Below the pieces are notes generated by a model. It made no database searches and had not been told where the DNA came from. It saw only the letters and a list, made by a program, of their open reading frames with translations. Both the position numbers and the translations under genes were made by a program. Positions 1 through 9,728 of a DNA stretch of 61,105 bases are shown here, piece by piece; positions within the stretch are counted from its first letter, which is position 1, and each line of letters opens with the position of its first letter. Source of the DNA: a virus (lineage: Duplodnaviria > Caudoviricetes); IMG/VR virus record IMGVR_UViG_3300006162_000242, positions 1 through 61,105 of that record; one strand, 5' to 3'.

Positions 1-389
1 TCTTTATTATATGCGGCATCCCAATGCACCACCGAAAGGGCGATGGTGGTCAATCCGAGGTCATACCACGTTTGAAGAGTTTCATCTGTCACTTTGCCTT
101 CGGCAATAGTCAGCCCATTGGTCTGCATTTCAATCAATGGAAAATCATACGCCTGCAACGCTTTAAGCGTCTCGGTAACGTGGTCGGGATAAAGAGTCGG
201 TTCACCCTTGCCCGTGAGCAAGACGGTCGTTGTCTCGGCTTTCTGGGCGAGTTTGCAAGCAATGGCGAAGTTTCGCCAGTTGACCTTGATTGGAGTGCCG
301 AAGAACCCCGTTTGTTTCGAGATACAGAACGGGCATTGTGCGTTACAAGCCTTCGTTCCAATCACAATACTGAATGTTTGAACATGCAT
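1..389 (-). CDS. Radical SAM protein (partial, runs off the left edge; absent from the ORF track)
   Basis: Hand translation from ATG at 389 gives MHVQTFSIVIGTKACNAQCPFCISK...LLTGKGEPTL...EMQTNG, containing CxxxCxxC, a GxEP motif and TNG. Confidence 0.85.
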   Translation of the reverse strand, partial: MHVQTFSIVIGTKACNAQCPFCISKQTGFFGTPIKVNWRNFAIACKLAQKAETTTVLLTGKGEPTLYPDHVTETLKALQAYDFPLIEMQTNGLTIAEGKVTDETLQTWYDLGLTTIALSVVHWDAAYNK

Positions 390-469
390 AGCGTTTTTCT
401 AATGTCCACCAATGTAACACGAGTTTATAAAAAGTCAAGTGCGTTTATTCATCCGCATGATTCTGTCCT

Positions 470-805
470 TTACTTCGCATCCCGCAATATACCACGGTCG
501 TCAATTATTGTCAACCCATGCTCAATATCCCACCGTAGAATGTGAACTGTCCACTCACACTTTTCGCAGAGGTTATCGTTATTATTCAATTCCTTATGAT
601 ACCCCTTACAATATGGACATTCGACAAACTCGGTGGGTAATGATTTCCGTCGTGCTTGCTCTTCGGCACCAAGATTCTTTATCTCTTGGAGGGTCTTGGT
701 AGTGGCTTCACCAGTGAGGCACGCCTCTTCGATATACATATCCCGCAACTGATATGGTGTAAACCAATACAATCGTTGGAAATCAGTTGCCGTGAGTGTT
801 CTCAT
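470..805 (-). CDS. Hypothetical protein with two CxxC motifs
   Basis: ORF overlaps the kinase stop (ATGA); CPYC and CEKC motifs. Confidence 0.55.
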   Translation of the reverse strand: MRTLTATDFQRLYWFTPYQLRDMYIEEACLTGEATTKTLQEIKNLGAEEQARRKSLPTEFVECPYCKGYHKELNNNDNLCEKCEWTVHILRWDIEHGLTIIDDRGILRDAK

Positions 806-2529
806 TTCCGTTTGATTTGGTGGAAACTGTTTCCATTGATAAAGAAGATGCCATCACTCGTCGAGAACAGACGCATCGTAGAATCGAATGGAGGATTGGG
901 CAATGTCTCGTATTGGCTGGCTGAGGCAAATAGTTCAAGTTCGCTATCGCTTGCCAAAAGAATACACAATCCATTATCCATCACGGTGAAGTTGATGGTA
1001 TCATAGGCGATGTCATCCGTTTTACGAACATCACACATTGAGAAGTCCTTGTTATAGACGAGGATGATGCGGTCGAATTGACCCTTCTTTTCACCCACGA
1101 CCACAACAATGTTCTTTTCTGCTTTGGCACCGACTACACGGTATCCATCAAGCTGCGGAATATGTTTACTGAAACAGCTTCCGAGTTTATAGGGCAAAGT
1201 CAGATACATCTTGCCGAGCAAGTCCTGAATGATACAGCCATCATAAACCGTGGTTGAGTGAACCGATAGATTCTCAACCTCTTTGACACGGTGAATCGTT
1301 TTATTTCCAAATGCCGTGAAGCTATTCTCCACGAGTTTGCCACGACTGACTGTATAAAAGGCATTGTTACGAACAAACATATGGTCGCCCGTAGCAGTGC
1401 CAACAGGTTCAGCTTTGGTTAGTTCCTGAAACTTAATCTGATTGCTGTTGTCCTGCTGTGCAGTAATCAATGTGCCGTCAGAAGCCGAGGCCAAAAGAAT
1501 ATGCTTGGCACTATGCCGTCCAACCTCTTTCTGGTTGATATAGATATTCTTTTTGGTCGCCACATAATACATTCCCATAATGTGGGCAATGGATTGGATG
1601 GGGTCGGCGTAAGCGGCGATTTCGCTCACCGACAACTTGTCTGTGCCTGTAATGGTGATAATTTGAGTAGGCACCAATAGGGGAACGCTACTATCAGGCA
1701 ACGGTGGCACGCCACGTTCATTTTTAAGGAATACTCGCTTGAAGTAATCCAAATGGCGTTGGGGAATGACTTTGAAATCATTAACCGAAGGAGGAACCCG
1801 AACCCCAGTGTGGAAGACGCTTACGCCATCATCCATCTGTTTCTGCTTATCCTTTGGCTTATAGTTCGGGTGAGTGCCCCGGAAAGGGTGGATATTAGAA
1901 TATAACCAGAAGGCAAGGATGGCCCAAGAAAACCAATCTGATTCAATATCAGGATTGTAATGCATTGTGCCTGCCTTGTCATATACCGTAACTCGACGGT
2001 CACGCACCGAGTCCATAATGGCAGTAGCTTTAAAGCTTGGAGTCGAATAACTATCAGTATCAATGAACCAAGGAGTTATAGTCGTTGGCTGGATGTCGGC
2101 AAGGATGTTCAACTCATTCAAGTCCACAGCGAGGCATTGGGCGGCATGAATGTCCACAACCACCTTTTGCATTTCTTTAACCAAATGGTTGACCATCTGG
2201 AAGCTGACGTTGTTGGCATCCTTGAAGGTGCGGGTGAATAATTTGAGCAATGGCTCCACGTTATCAACATAGGTTGTGGTATAGCCGAGGGCTTTGCCAT
2301 CTTTGGCGTCGAAAATGATTTCTTTCGGTATCACCACTTGTGAGTTGCCGATAAGAGCCAACTCCTGCATTTTCTTCGGCGGAAGTTGCTTGTGAACGGG
2401 GTCGTGATACAGTTTATAGGCCATCCCGTTGGCAACATAGATTGCTGCCTCACCGCCTGCGGCACGGTAGTTAGATGCCTGCAACGTAACTACGTGTTTT
2501 GTATTTCCGACTATAACTTTTGTATTCAT
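802..2529 (-). CDS. YegI-like Ser/Thr protein kinase with C-terminal beta-rich domain (TerY-P triad kinase)
   Basis: AGGEAAIY glycine loop, AYKLY lysine, VDLNELNIL catalytic loop, FIDTDSY (DFG-equivalent typical of the YegI family), SDWFS, HPF. Confidence 0.8.
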   Translation of the reverse strand: MNTKVIVGNTKHVVTLQASNYRAAGGEAAIYVANGMAYKLYHDPVHKQLPPKKMQELALIGNSQVVIPKEIIFDAKDGKALGYTTTYVDNVEPLLKLFTRTFKDANNVSFQMVNHLVKEMQKVVVDIHAAQCLAVDLNELNILADIQPTTITPWFIDTDSYSTPSFKATAIMDSVRDRRVTVYDKAGTMHYNPDIESDWFSWAILAFWLYSNIHPFRGTHPNYKPKDKQKQMDDGVSVFHTGVRVPPSVNDFKVIPQRHLDYFKRVFLKNERGVPPLPDSSVPLLVPTQIITITGTDKLSVSEIAAYADPIQSIAHIMGMYYVATKKNIYINQKEVGRHSAKHILLASASDGTLITAQQDNSNQIKFQELTKAEPVGTATGDHMFVRNNAFYTVSRGKLVENSFTAFGNKTIHRVKEVENLSVHSTTVYDGCIIQDLLGKMYLTLPYKLGSCFSKHIPQLDGYRVVGAKAEKNIVVVVGEKKGQFDRIILVYNKDFSMCDVRKTDDIAYDTINFTVMDNGLCILLASDSELELFASASQYETLPNPPFDSTMRLFSTSDGIFFINGNSFHQIKRK

Positions 2530-3461
2530 ATTATTTGCGACAATATTTCTGGAATGTGGTTTATTTCCGTATATTTTATTCGAACCAATTCAATGCCCTT
2601 TGCCGCCGCATAGTTTGTTTTGAACGAATCTCTCCATTGAACGTTTGCCAAGTCTTTGGCAGTCGAGACATAGTTTCCCAACTTTCTCCCACATATGAAG
2701 TGTTGATTGCCATCATATTCTACAAGAATATTCTTATGTGGAAGGTAGAAATCAAACTTCAATAGCCTATTTGTCGTTGGATTTCGGCAATCATCAAATG
2801 TCTTTTGATTGACATATTGAACGCCATTCTTATCTAAGAATGTCATTATTTGTTGTTCGCCCTTAGACAAACGGCATTTAGGACATCCACAACTATCCCG
2901 ATGTAAATGAAGATGTGGCGTTTGCCAAAATGCTCCGTGACGTTTGCACACTATCTGTAGTTTTTGATGTTCTCCCTTATAAACGGCATTGGAATAATCA
3001 TAGAGATTCCCATGAATTTTGGTAGCATCAATAATAAAATCCGCTTGACTTTTCCGCCGTGCATTGGCTGTTTTTATAAACCCACATTTTATACATCCCA
3101 CACCATTTAGATGAGTATTCGGACGTTGCTCGAATCTTCCGTGGTCGGGGCAAATGATTGTGACAGGCTTTAGTGCTGCCACATATTCAACCGCCGAATA
3201 ATCATATTTGTCATTATGTATGAGCCTCGCCTTACTAATGAAATCCTTAGTATTAGAAACGTGTTTTCCACTGCATAAATGGCACCCACACCCCCGCAAA
3301 TGTGAATTTGGCTTCTGTCTGAACTCGCCGTGAACAGGACATATTATTGTCACTTTGTCTTTGTTGTCTTTGCCATATATGGTTTTACTATAATCATATT
3401 TGTTTTTATGAATTACAGTTGCCCGTTCAATAAATGATTCCGCAGTTAATTTCTCGCTCAT
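2526..3461 (-). mobile_element. Putative homing endonuclease: DUF723-like Zn repeats plus C-terminal PD-(D/E)XK/Vsr-like nuclease
   Basis: Three FI..A..IH..KYDYS...ICPxHG.F.Q.P..HL.G.GCxxC repeats; SKGE, FDFY, VEYDGNQH; start taken at MSEKL. Confidence 0.75.
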
Positions 3462-3518
3462 ACATATAAATAGCGAGAAAAGTCCCAAAAGCATTATAAT
3501 CTTTATCCGTATCATACA

Positions 3519-3923
3519 TCAGCACATTTCAATTATTCCAAAATTGTATTTCCCGAATTCGAGGACAATCGCATCCACCTTTGGACAGGCATCTTTTTCC
3601 GAAAGAATATAGTTATAGTCGGTTATCTTTTTTCGATTGACCATGATACCATTATTCTTGATGGCCTTGCGGATTTCACCTTTACTCTCACACAATCCAG
3701 TCCAAAGCAATGCATCAATCAACGATATAGTCTTTGTTCTGTCCATTGCTTGATGAGCGGTGTTTCCAAATATGGATTCTCTTCCATAGGGATACAGAAC
3801 TTCTTCAGACCACTCTGACGGAGGAGTTTCCGATACAATCCGACAAACATCTACAATCGGCAATTTCCTCGCCTTTATATCAGCTATCTCAATCATTAAC
3901 CGAATGACTTCATCTTTTGTCAT
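3519..3923 (-). CDS. Stand-alone S4 RNA-binding domain resembling the TyrRS C-terminus
   Basis: LIDALLWTGLCESKGEIRKAIKNNGIMVN.KKI...VLEFGK matches the TyrRS S4 pattern (L..SKxEARRxIxxGGVxVN...GK). Confidence 0.7.
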   Translation of the reverse strand: MTKDEVIRLMIEIADIKARKLPIVDVCRIVSETPPSEWSEEVLYPYGRESIFGNTAHQAMDRTKTISLIDALLWTGLCESKGEIRKAIKNNGIMVNRKKITDYNYILSEKDACPKVDAIVLEFGKYNFGIIEMC

Positions 3924-4723
3924 ACAACAATGCTCGCTACGCTTATGTCATCCGAGTGAGTAATGCCTTCCTTCAAACATTTCCGTTTGAATGCTGCAAT
4001 CCGCCGCTGAACAAACTCACCCTCAAAGTTTTTGTATCCCGTGAATTCTTCGATGAGTTCGGAATACGAAATCGGGTCATTATTGGAATGACGGAAACTA
4101 TTGATGCCATCCGAGATTACCGAAATAACATCCCCCTCTGTGACATCACACGAAAACACGTATGGTTCGAGCGGTGTTCCATTGATTTGAATGGTCTTGC
4201 CATTGGTGGTGTGACCAATTTGTTTGACATTATTCTCAAGGCAAAGGTATCCCGCCTTGCGGTTAGGGTCAAGACTGTAGGACAGGTAATCGGGTGCTCC
4301 ACTTGTGAGATTGATATGCACCGTGTTAACGCCTGTGTTTTTACGATGCACCAACACGCCGTCACCATAGAGATAGGCATTTAGTTTCTTATTCTTATCC
4401 ACCATCGCAATCAACAACGTGGCATCCAATGCCTGTGGATGTAAGGTAGGCAGCATGTCAAAAATCCGTTTGGCAGTCATGATGGTGATTGCACCAAACG
4501 TCTTGGGGTCATTCATTGCATCGGTATCTTGACCGTGACGGAGAACAGTATCTTCTGCTGCCTTAGCCAATACCCGTGCTCCAAAGTCAACGTCGGGGCT
4601 TGCCGAGCATCCATCACATACAACAGCGAGTGCATTCCCAAATTGGGCGTCCACCCACCCCAAAGCATAATCCTCACAGGTGATATGGTCTTTACCAATG
4701 TAATAAGTGCTATTTGCGTTCAT
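3920..4723 (-). CDS. PP2C-family protein phosphatase (YegK-like)
   Basis: CED, VVCDGCS, DATLL, YGDG, ISDGI and HSDDIS motifs. Confidence 0.85.
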   Translation of the reverse strand: MNANSTYYIGKDHITCEDYALGWVDAQFGNALAVVCDGCSASPDVDFGARVLAKAAEDTVLRHGQDTDAMNDPKTFGAITIMTAKRIFDMLPTLHPQALDATLLIAMVDKNKKLNAYLYGDGVLVHRKNTGVNTVHINLTSGAPDYLSYSLDPNRKAGYLCLENNVKQIGHTTNGKTIQINGTPLEPYVFSCDVTEGDVISVISDGINSFRHSNNDPISYSELIEEFTGYKNFEGEFVQRRIAAFKRKCLKEGITHSDDISVASIVV

Positions 4724-5127
4724 AAATCAATGTGCTCAATTTCTTCTGTTTTGTCATAGCATCCCAAGTCACCATCCCATTCGCCCTTGGGGTCTGGCAA
4801 TAAAGTTTTGATATGTGCCTTGACTCGGGCAATCTCTTCGGGCAGTCCAATTTCAAATGGCATCGCCTGCAACTTTTTAAGATGCATCTGATAAGCTTCT
4901 AAAACTTCGGAGTTCATATATTCAATATCGGGAATCATCTGCTGGAATGTAAGGGGGCCATTGAACTATTATCTGTTGGCGGCATTCAGGGCAATCAACA
5001 AAATGATATATTGTCCCGCAGACATCATCCGTATCTCGTTGAACATCGTGACCATCATATTCAAATATGCATTGGCATCGTTTGCACGTTGCTTTACAAG
5101 GATTCTGGAGACCATGTTGAATGATTT

Positions 5128-5598
5128 TCATACTTTTCGCTTAAGTATCTCTTGAATGATAGCCGAGGTTGAATCCACCGTAACCACGTCGGGAACGATG
5201 ACAATTTCTTCGCTGCCCATTTGAATAACATCTTCGGGTTTGAAATTGGTATTCTTAAACAATTTATGTGGACTGAATGCGGCACATGCCAGCTTCCAAT
5301 CATCCAAGCTACCCATGATAAATGTAACATCCACACATTCAAGGGCATCTACCAACATAGCCCGTTGGTGTTCGGGAACTACGGGTCTGGCTGGCCCCTT
5401 GGTGCGGCGAACCGTGTCATCACCATCAACTCCGACAATGAGAAAGTCGCACATACGACGGCACTTTTGTAAGTATGCCAAATGCAAAGAGTGAAAAAGG
5501 TCAAAGCAACCAGAAGTCAGGCCAATCAATGGGCGGCGGACAGATGTGCCCATATTGACGAGTTCTCTATCTTTTTGTTTTCGTATGTCAATGAGCAT
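5128..5598 (-). CDS. Cytidylyltransferase-family nucleotidyltransferase, similar to RfaE/HldE domain II
   Basis: TSGCFDLFHSLH, LIVGVDGD..VRRTKGPARPV, R...VDALECVD, STSAII. Confidence 0.85.
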   Translation of the reverse strand: MLIDIRKQKDRELVNMGTSVRRPLIGLTSGCFDLFHSLHLAYLQKCRRMCDFLIVGVDGDDTVRRTKGPARPVVPEHQRAMLVDALECVDVTFIMGSLDDWKLACAAFSPHKLFKNTNFKPEDVIQMGSEEIVIVPDVVTVDSTSAIIQEILKRKV

Positions 5599-5914
5599 AT
5601 TTGTGTTTGATGGACGGCAATTCTTTCAATAGTTTAAGACGTTTGGCCAGATACCACAATCCACCTTGAACGGCGGGTCTGGGTATGTTTTGACATTCTT
5701 CGATTTCAACCAGACACCATACTCGCCCTTCCATTTTAAGATGGGGTGCATTGGGCATGGAACAACAATGCCATCCGGGGCGAAAAGCGTAACCCTTAGT
5801 TCGATGTGCTTTTGCAGGCAACCAAACATTTGGCACAATCACCTGTTTCCGATTGATAAACAACGGACCAAGCGTGCCATCTTTACGCTTACGGAATAGC
5901 TTGTAAGCTAACAT
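5588..5914 (-). CDS. Phage hypothetical protein
   Basis: Fits the operon with overlapping start and stop; AYK...RPGWH pattern. Confidence 0.6.
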   Translation of the reverse strand: MLAYKLFRKRKDGTLGPLFINRKQVIVPNVWLPAKAHRTKGYAFRPGWHCCSMPNAPHLKMEGRVWCLVEIEECQNIPRPAVQGGLWYLAKRLKLLKELPSIKHKYAH

Positions 5915-6456
5915 AACTGATGATTTGTGATTGTTTTACACATTTCAAGAAATTGAGGTTGGGGCATATCCCACTTCATAGAGTTTACAATCGAATGAAC
6001 CCATTGAACATTCCCAATCGTATATCCAAGAGTAGAATCAATCCTATCGAGGGATGCCGTGCCTTTTATGCGTCCGTGGTTAGCTCCGAATACGAGAGGG
6101 AGTCCCGATAATGCACATTTACGGTCTTGTTTCAGAAATAAATCCCATATTTGAGAAATGGTTACATCGAATGGAATTTTTCTAACTTGTGCGTTAGAAA
6201 CAATGGACTTGAAAAACCTCATAGATATTTCTTTGTGACCTTTCCAACTTTTATGGTTTTCACCATACGTGTACCAAGAGCATCCGCACGATTTAGTATG
6301 ACCATTTCTTAGGTGTGCTCCCTGAACTTCTTTTTCATTTCCGCATTCACATTTACATTTCCACAAATAATGGCGGTTATTTCTATTAGGATGTTTTACT
6401 GGATATAACGCAGTTAATTTTCCAAAATGTTGTCCTGTCAGGTCTATAAATTTCAT
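5908..6456 (-). mobile_element. HNH-type homing endonuclease
   Basis: DLTGQHFGKLT...WKCKCECG...SCGC N-terminus; CALSG; SLDRIDS..GY..GNVQWV...VN.MK. Confidence 0.8.
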
Positions 6457-6504
6457 ATGTATCCTTACGTTGTATTTAGGCTGTTACATAAGGATACATA
6501 TGAA
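6452..6504 (-). promoter_or_regulatory. Hairpin that sequesters the RBS and start codon of the HNH gene
   Basis: Perfect 16-bp inverted repeat TTCATATGTATCCTTA (6452-6467) / TAAGGATACATATGAA (6489-6504) covering the ATG and TAAGGA. Confidence 0.75.
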
Positions 6505-6513
6505 TGATTTGGC

Positions 6514-7263
6514 TCAAAACTTGAAATTACTCAAGGGAGCACTTGCTTTTCCAGTTCCCAATGCACTACTTGTGGAACTGATGGATTGGCTTACAAATTC
6601 CGCCAATTTTGCGATTTTTCCGGGGGTAGCGTTGCCTATCGAAATATACTGGTCCGCACCACAGTCATCCTTGACCGTTTGGAGATAGGTATTCAATGTC
6701 ACATTGTCATTGGTCACGCCCACCAAGATAAGCAGGAGGCTTTCGAGGTTTTCGGCACGACGAACTGCTTCCAGCGTCTTCTTGACCTGCGTGGGGTCAG
6801 AGATATTGCTACAGTTATTCTCACCGTCAGTCACCACGACCACGATGCCGTTGACCAAGAAGTCTTGGCTCGTCAACTGTTTGCCGTAGGTGCCCGTGGC
6901 TTGAATGGCTTCGTCCATTGCATCAAACAAGGCCGTGCTTCCGCCGAGTTGGAGAATGTTGTCATAATCCTTCTCGTTGATGGAAGAGAGCAGCTTGAAG
7001 CCGTGGAGTTCCGTGAGAGAACTTGCAAACTGCGTCAGCCGCAGCATCAAGTTGTCTTTGCGGGGAGACTTGTCACACGCCTTGAAGATGGTCTTCAATG
7101 CCTGTTCGAGTTGCACCGCAAAGCCCGTCACCGAGCTACTTGCATCCATCACAATGGTAGCAAGTGTGTATTCAGCGGCACCAAGGTCTTTGATTTTGGT
7201 GGCCGAGAATTTGTATCCTGAACCTGCGTTCAGGTTTTCGAGGTTTTTGCTTAATAGGCTCAT
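6514..7263 (-). CDS. vWA domain protein (TerY/YegL-like)
   Basis: MIDAS motif DASSS, GGSTALFDAM, VVVTDGENN. Confidence 0.85.
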   Translation of the reverse strand: MSLLSKNLENLNAGSGYKFSATKIKDLGAAEYTLATIVMDASSSVTGFAVQLEQALKTIFKACDKSPRKDNLMLRLTQFASSLTELHGFKLLSSINEKDYDNILQLGGSTALFDAMDEAIQATGTYGKQLTSQDFLVNGIVVVVTDGENNCSNISDPTQVKKTLEAVRRAENLESLLLILVGVTNDNVTLNTYLQTVKDDCGADQYISIGNATPGKIAKLAEFVSQSISSTSSALGTGKASAPLSNFKF

Positions 7264-7290
7264 AAACTTATTTTTTCTTTCGTTATTGGC

Positions 7291-7321
7291 TGCACAGTAA
7301 CATTTGTATTGTTACTGTGCA
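7291..7321. repeat. 12-bp perfect inverted repeat between pncA and the vWA gene
   Basis: TGCACAGTAACA-7nt-TGTTACTGTGCA. Confidence 0.7.
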
Positions 7322-7335
7322 ACCGATTGTTATTG

Positions 7336-8145
7336 TTACCAGTCGGTCGTGCGGGTCACTTTCATGCCCTTCTTGACCATTTCCTTCACGAAGTCTTGGC
7401 CCAACTTTTCAAATCCACCCACATTGCTGGAAGTGTCTTCCAACAGCGTGAACTTTTGAACTTGGTCAACGCCAAACTGTGCTGCCACGTCACGGATGGT
7501 GTTTGCAACGCAGTGCGACAACGCTTCGCCCGTGATGAGGATTTCGTCAGCTTCACGCAGCGGGTCAACGATGACCGTAGGATTGAGCTTCGTGCTCACA
7601 TCTTCATCATCTGGCACGTCCGCTTGCACTGCCGAGTAGTGTTCCGTAAACAAATTGGAACCCTTGGCAATGAAGTTAACCCGATTGAAGTCGGCTTCCC
7701 ATTCATAGAGAGCCTTGGCGACTTCGGGGACAATGGAATGACCCCAAGTGCCAATCAGGCAGTGCGGAGGCCAGATGACCAGCACATAACGCCCATTGGT
7801 TTTGAGCGCAGTCACATAGGACTGTGCTTTGCCCTGCCACTTCGGATTGTAGGCACGCCAGACGCCATTCTTCACGTCGTCTTCCGTAATCATCGTGAAC
7901 GGATTCGGGTGCTCACCTTTGGAATTCGTCCAGAAGGCGGGGTGAGCGATATGCACCAGTTGGTGACTGTCCAAAGAACAGTGAATTTGCTCGATGCGGC
8001 TTTTGTTTTTGGAAATGAATTTTCCGAGTCGCACCATATCTTGGTCTGCCCCGGCAACTACCAAGGCACCCTTTTCCCCACCCGGGCCGAGGGGGATACA
8101 GAAGTCGTTCTGTGGGTCAATGGTTATTAAGTGAACTTTTCTCAT
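7336..8145 (-). CDS. pncA: Nicotinamidase / isochorismatase-family cysteine hydrolase
   Basis: IDPQNDF, DSH, WPPHC..GTWGH, KG and GEALSHCV (D-K-C triad); adjacent to NadM-Nudix. Confidence 0.85.
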   Translation of the reverse strand: MRKVHLITIDPQNDFCIPLGPGGEKGALVVAGADQDMVRLGKFISKNKSRIEQIHCSLDSHQLVHIAHPAFWTNSKGEHPNPFTMITEDDVKNGVWRAYNPKWQGKAQSYVTALKTNGRYVLVIWPPHCLIGTWGHSIVPEVAKALYEWEADFNRVNFIAKGSNLFTEHYSAVQADVPDDEDVSTKLNPTVIVDPLREADEILITGEALSHCVANTIRDVAAQFGVDQVQKFTLLEDTSSNVGGFEKLGQDFVKEMVKKGMKVTRTTDW

Positions 8146-8168
8146 ATAACTTTGTGTTTGTTGTTTGT

Positions 8169-9146
8169 TTATTTCTTATCAGTCCCCACCAAGGGACCGA
8201 ACTTCTGTTTGAGCAACTGCAACTTAGCAATTTGCACATCCAAATCGGCGAAAAACTTTCGTAGCATAACGAGTAGAGGTAAGTGCGACGGAGTGATTTC
8301 CTCATCCTTAATGTCCACCAGCTTTTTCCAGCAGACGAATTCAATATCGTCGTCGGCCTTTGGCGTGCCCCCATTGTATTTCATCAGATAGAAAGCAGTC
8401 ATGATTTTGTCAACTTCCTTGCGGTAGCGAATGTCGTCAACGATTGTGCTTCCGATATAAGTGTAAGCATCTGTTTCCAGACCAGTCTCTTCAATCGTCT
8501 CTCGACTCGCCGCACCTTCCGCACTCTTATCCTTGGCGGGGTCAGTGAATCCACCCACAAAACAGAGCGTAGTGCGTCCCGGCTTGCGAGCTAAAAGAAG
8601 CTCTTGTGTATCAAAATTCATGATAGCCATATCCACCGTGAGTTTAAACGATGGGAATTGCGCTTGAAGAACGTGGACCATTCCGAGACGAAAATCGAGC
8701 GTGTGCTTGGCACGAATGCCCGCCTCACGGCGAATCTCGCTGGCACTGATGAATTTGCTTGGAATCAGTTCAATGGTGGGGTATTTGCCCTTGTAGCCAT
8801 TAATGAAACTGTCTCGGCTACCGTAGAGAACTGCCCGTAGATTGGCTCCCAGAAGCTTTTGGATTTGACGGTCGAGATTTTTACTCCAAAGTTCATTGTC
8901 TCCAACGTCGTCAATATAGAGGATTTCAACATCCTTATACTGTTCCTCAATCATAGCCTTGCGGATGGCGAAGTCATACGGATTATTGACCGTATATTTG
9001 ATGAAGGAATTACCGAGAAAGATGATTACTCGGGGGTGATTGTTGCGGACGACTTCGAGTATTTCCTTATGCCCCTCATGAAGAAATGGAGTTTGGAATC
9101 TCGCCACTATGACGCCGACTTCGGCATTGTTATTAGTTGTTTTCAT
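8169..9146 (-). CDS. nadM: Bifunctional NMN/NaMN adenylyltransferase and ADP-ribose pyrophosphatase (NadM-Nudix)
   Basis: ARFQ..LHEGH, NP, ISASEIR; Nudix box GGFTD......EGAASRETIEETGL; ADDD. Confidence 0.9.
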   Translation of the reverse strand: MKTTNNNAEVGVIVARFQTPFLHEGHKEILEVVRNNHPRVIIFLGNSFIKYTVNNPYDFAIRKAMIEEQYKDVEILYIDDVGDNELWSKNLDRQIQKLLGANLRAVLYGSRDSFINGYKGKYPTIELIPSKFISASEIRREAGIRAKHTLDFRLGMVHVLQAQFPSFKLTVDMAIMNFDTQELLLARKPGRTTLCFVGGFTDPAKDKSAEGAASRETIEETGLETDAYTYIGSTIVDDIRYRKEVDKIMTAFYLMKYNGGTPKADDDIEFVCWKKLVDIKDEEITPSHLPLLVMLRKFFADLDVQIAKLQLLKQKFGPLVGTDKK

Positions 9147-9243
9147 AAAACCTAATCTTGTATCTCGGTTACGAATTCAACACCGACCTAATCTTTAATC
9201 TCGGTCTGTGCTGTCAACAATACATATTGTTGTATTCGTCAAA

Positions 9244-9272
9244 AGTGTATCAGATACACTATTTCTTGTCAA
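9244..9272 (-). promoter_or_regulatory. Sigma70-like promoter overlapped by an NrtR-type operator
   Basis: TTGACA (9272-9267), 17-nt spacer, TACACT; palindrome AGTGTATC-A-GATACACT (9244-9260) with a GT-N7-AC core. Confidence 0.75.
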
Positions 9273-9728
9273 CTCTTTTTTCCACATTCTTCTACACGGT
9301 AGTCAGTCGCACCTTTCAGACGGATTACTGATAAATAAACCCCGGGTCCATCCACAGGGATTATCTCTGTCGTCTTAACGTCGTCAAGCGAGAACAGAAT
9401 TGTCGTCGGCCCGCATCGAAGATTGAATATGCCTTCTCCGTGATTGTCCAACACACCACGAAATGAATCACTCTGTCTCCCAAACATCGGACGCACAGCC
9501 GTTACAGGCTGAACAATGCTGGAAATATATTCAAGTTGTTCTTTGATAGTCATGTGTATAAAATCTCGGGATGGCTGATAATATAGATGAGAAAGTAAAC
9601 GCCCCACAAAAGCAACCCATCAATGATGCAAGCAAACAGCCATCCGAACAATCCCCAACCATCTTCGGGGTCAAGATGAATAACCAAATTGATGAAGCAG
9701 ACGAAAAAGTAGATAATGATGAATATAG

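Noticed and set aside
1-389. Calling the radical SAM protein a viperin or QueE
   Set aside because: Only the N-terminal part is visible and the family-specific motifs cannot be checked.
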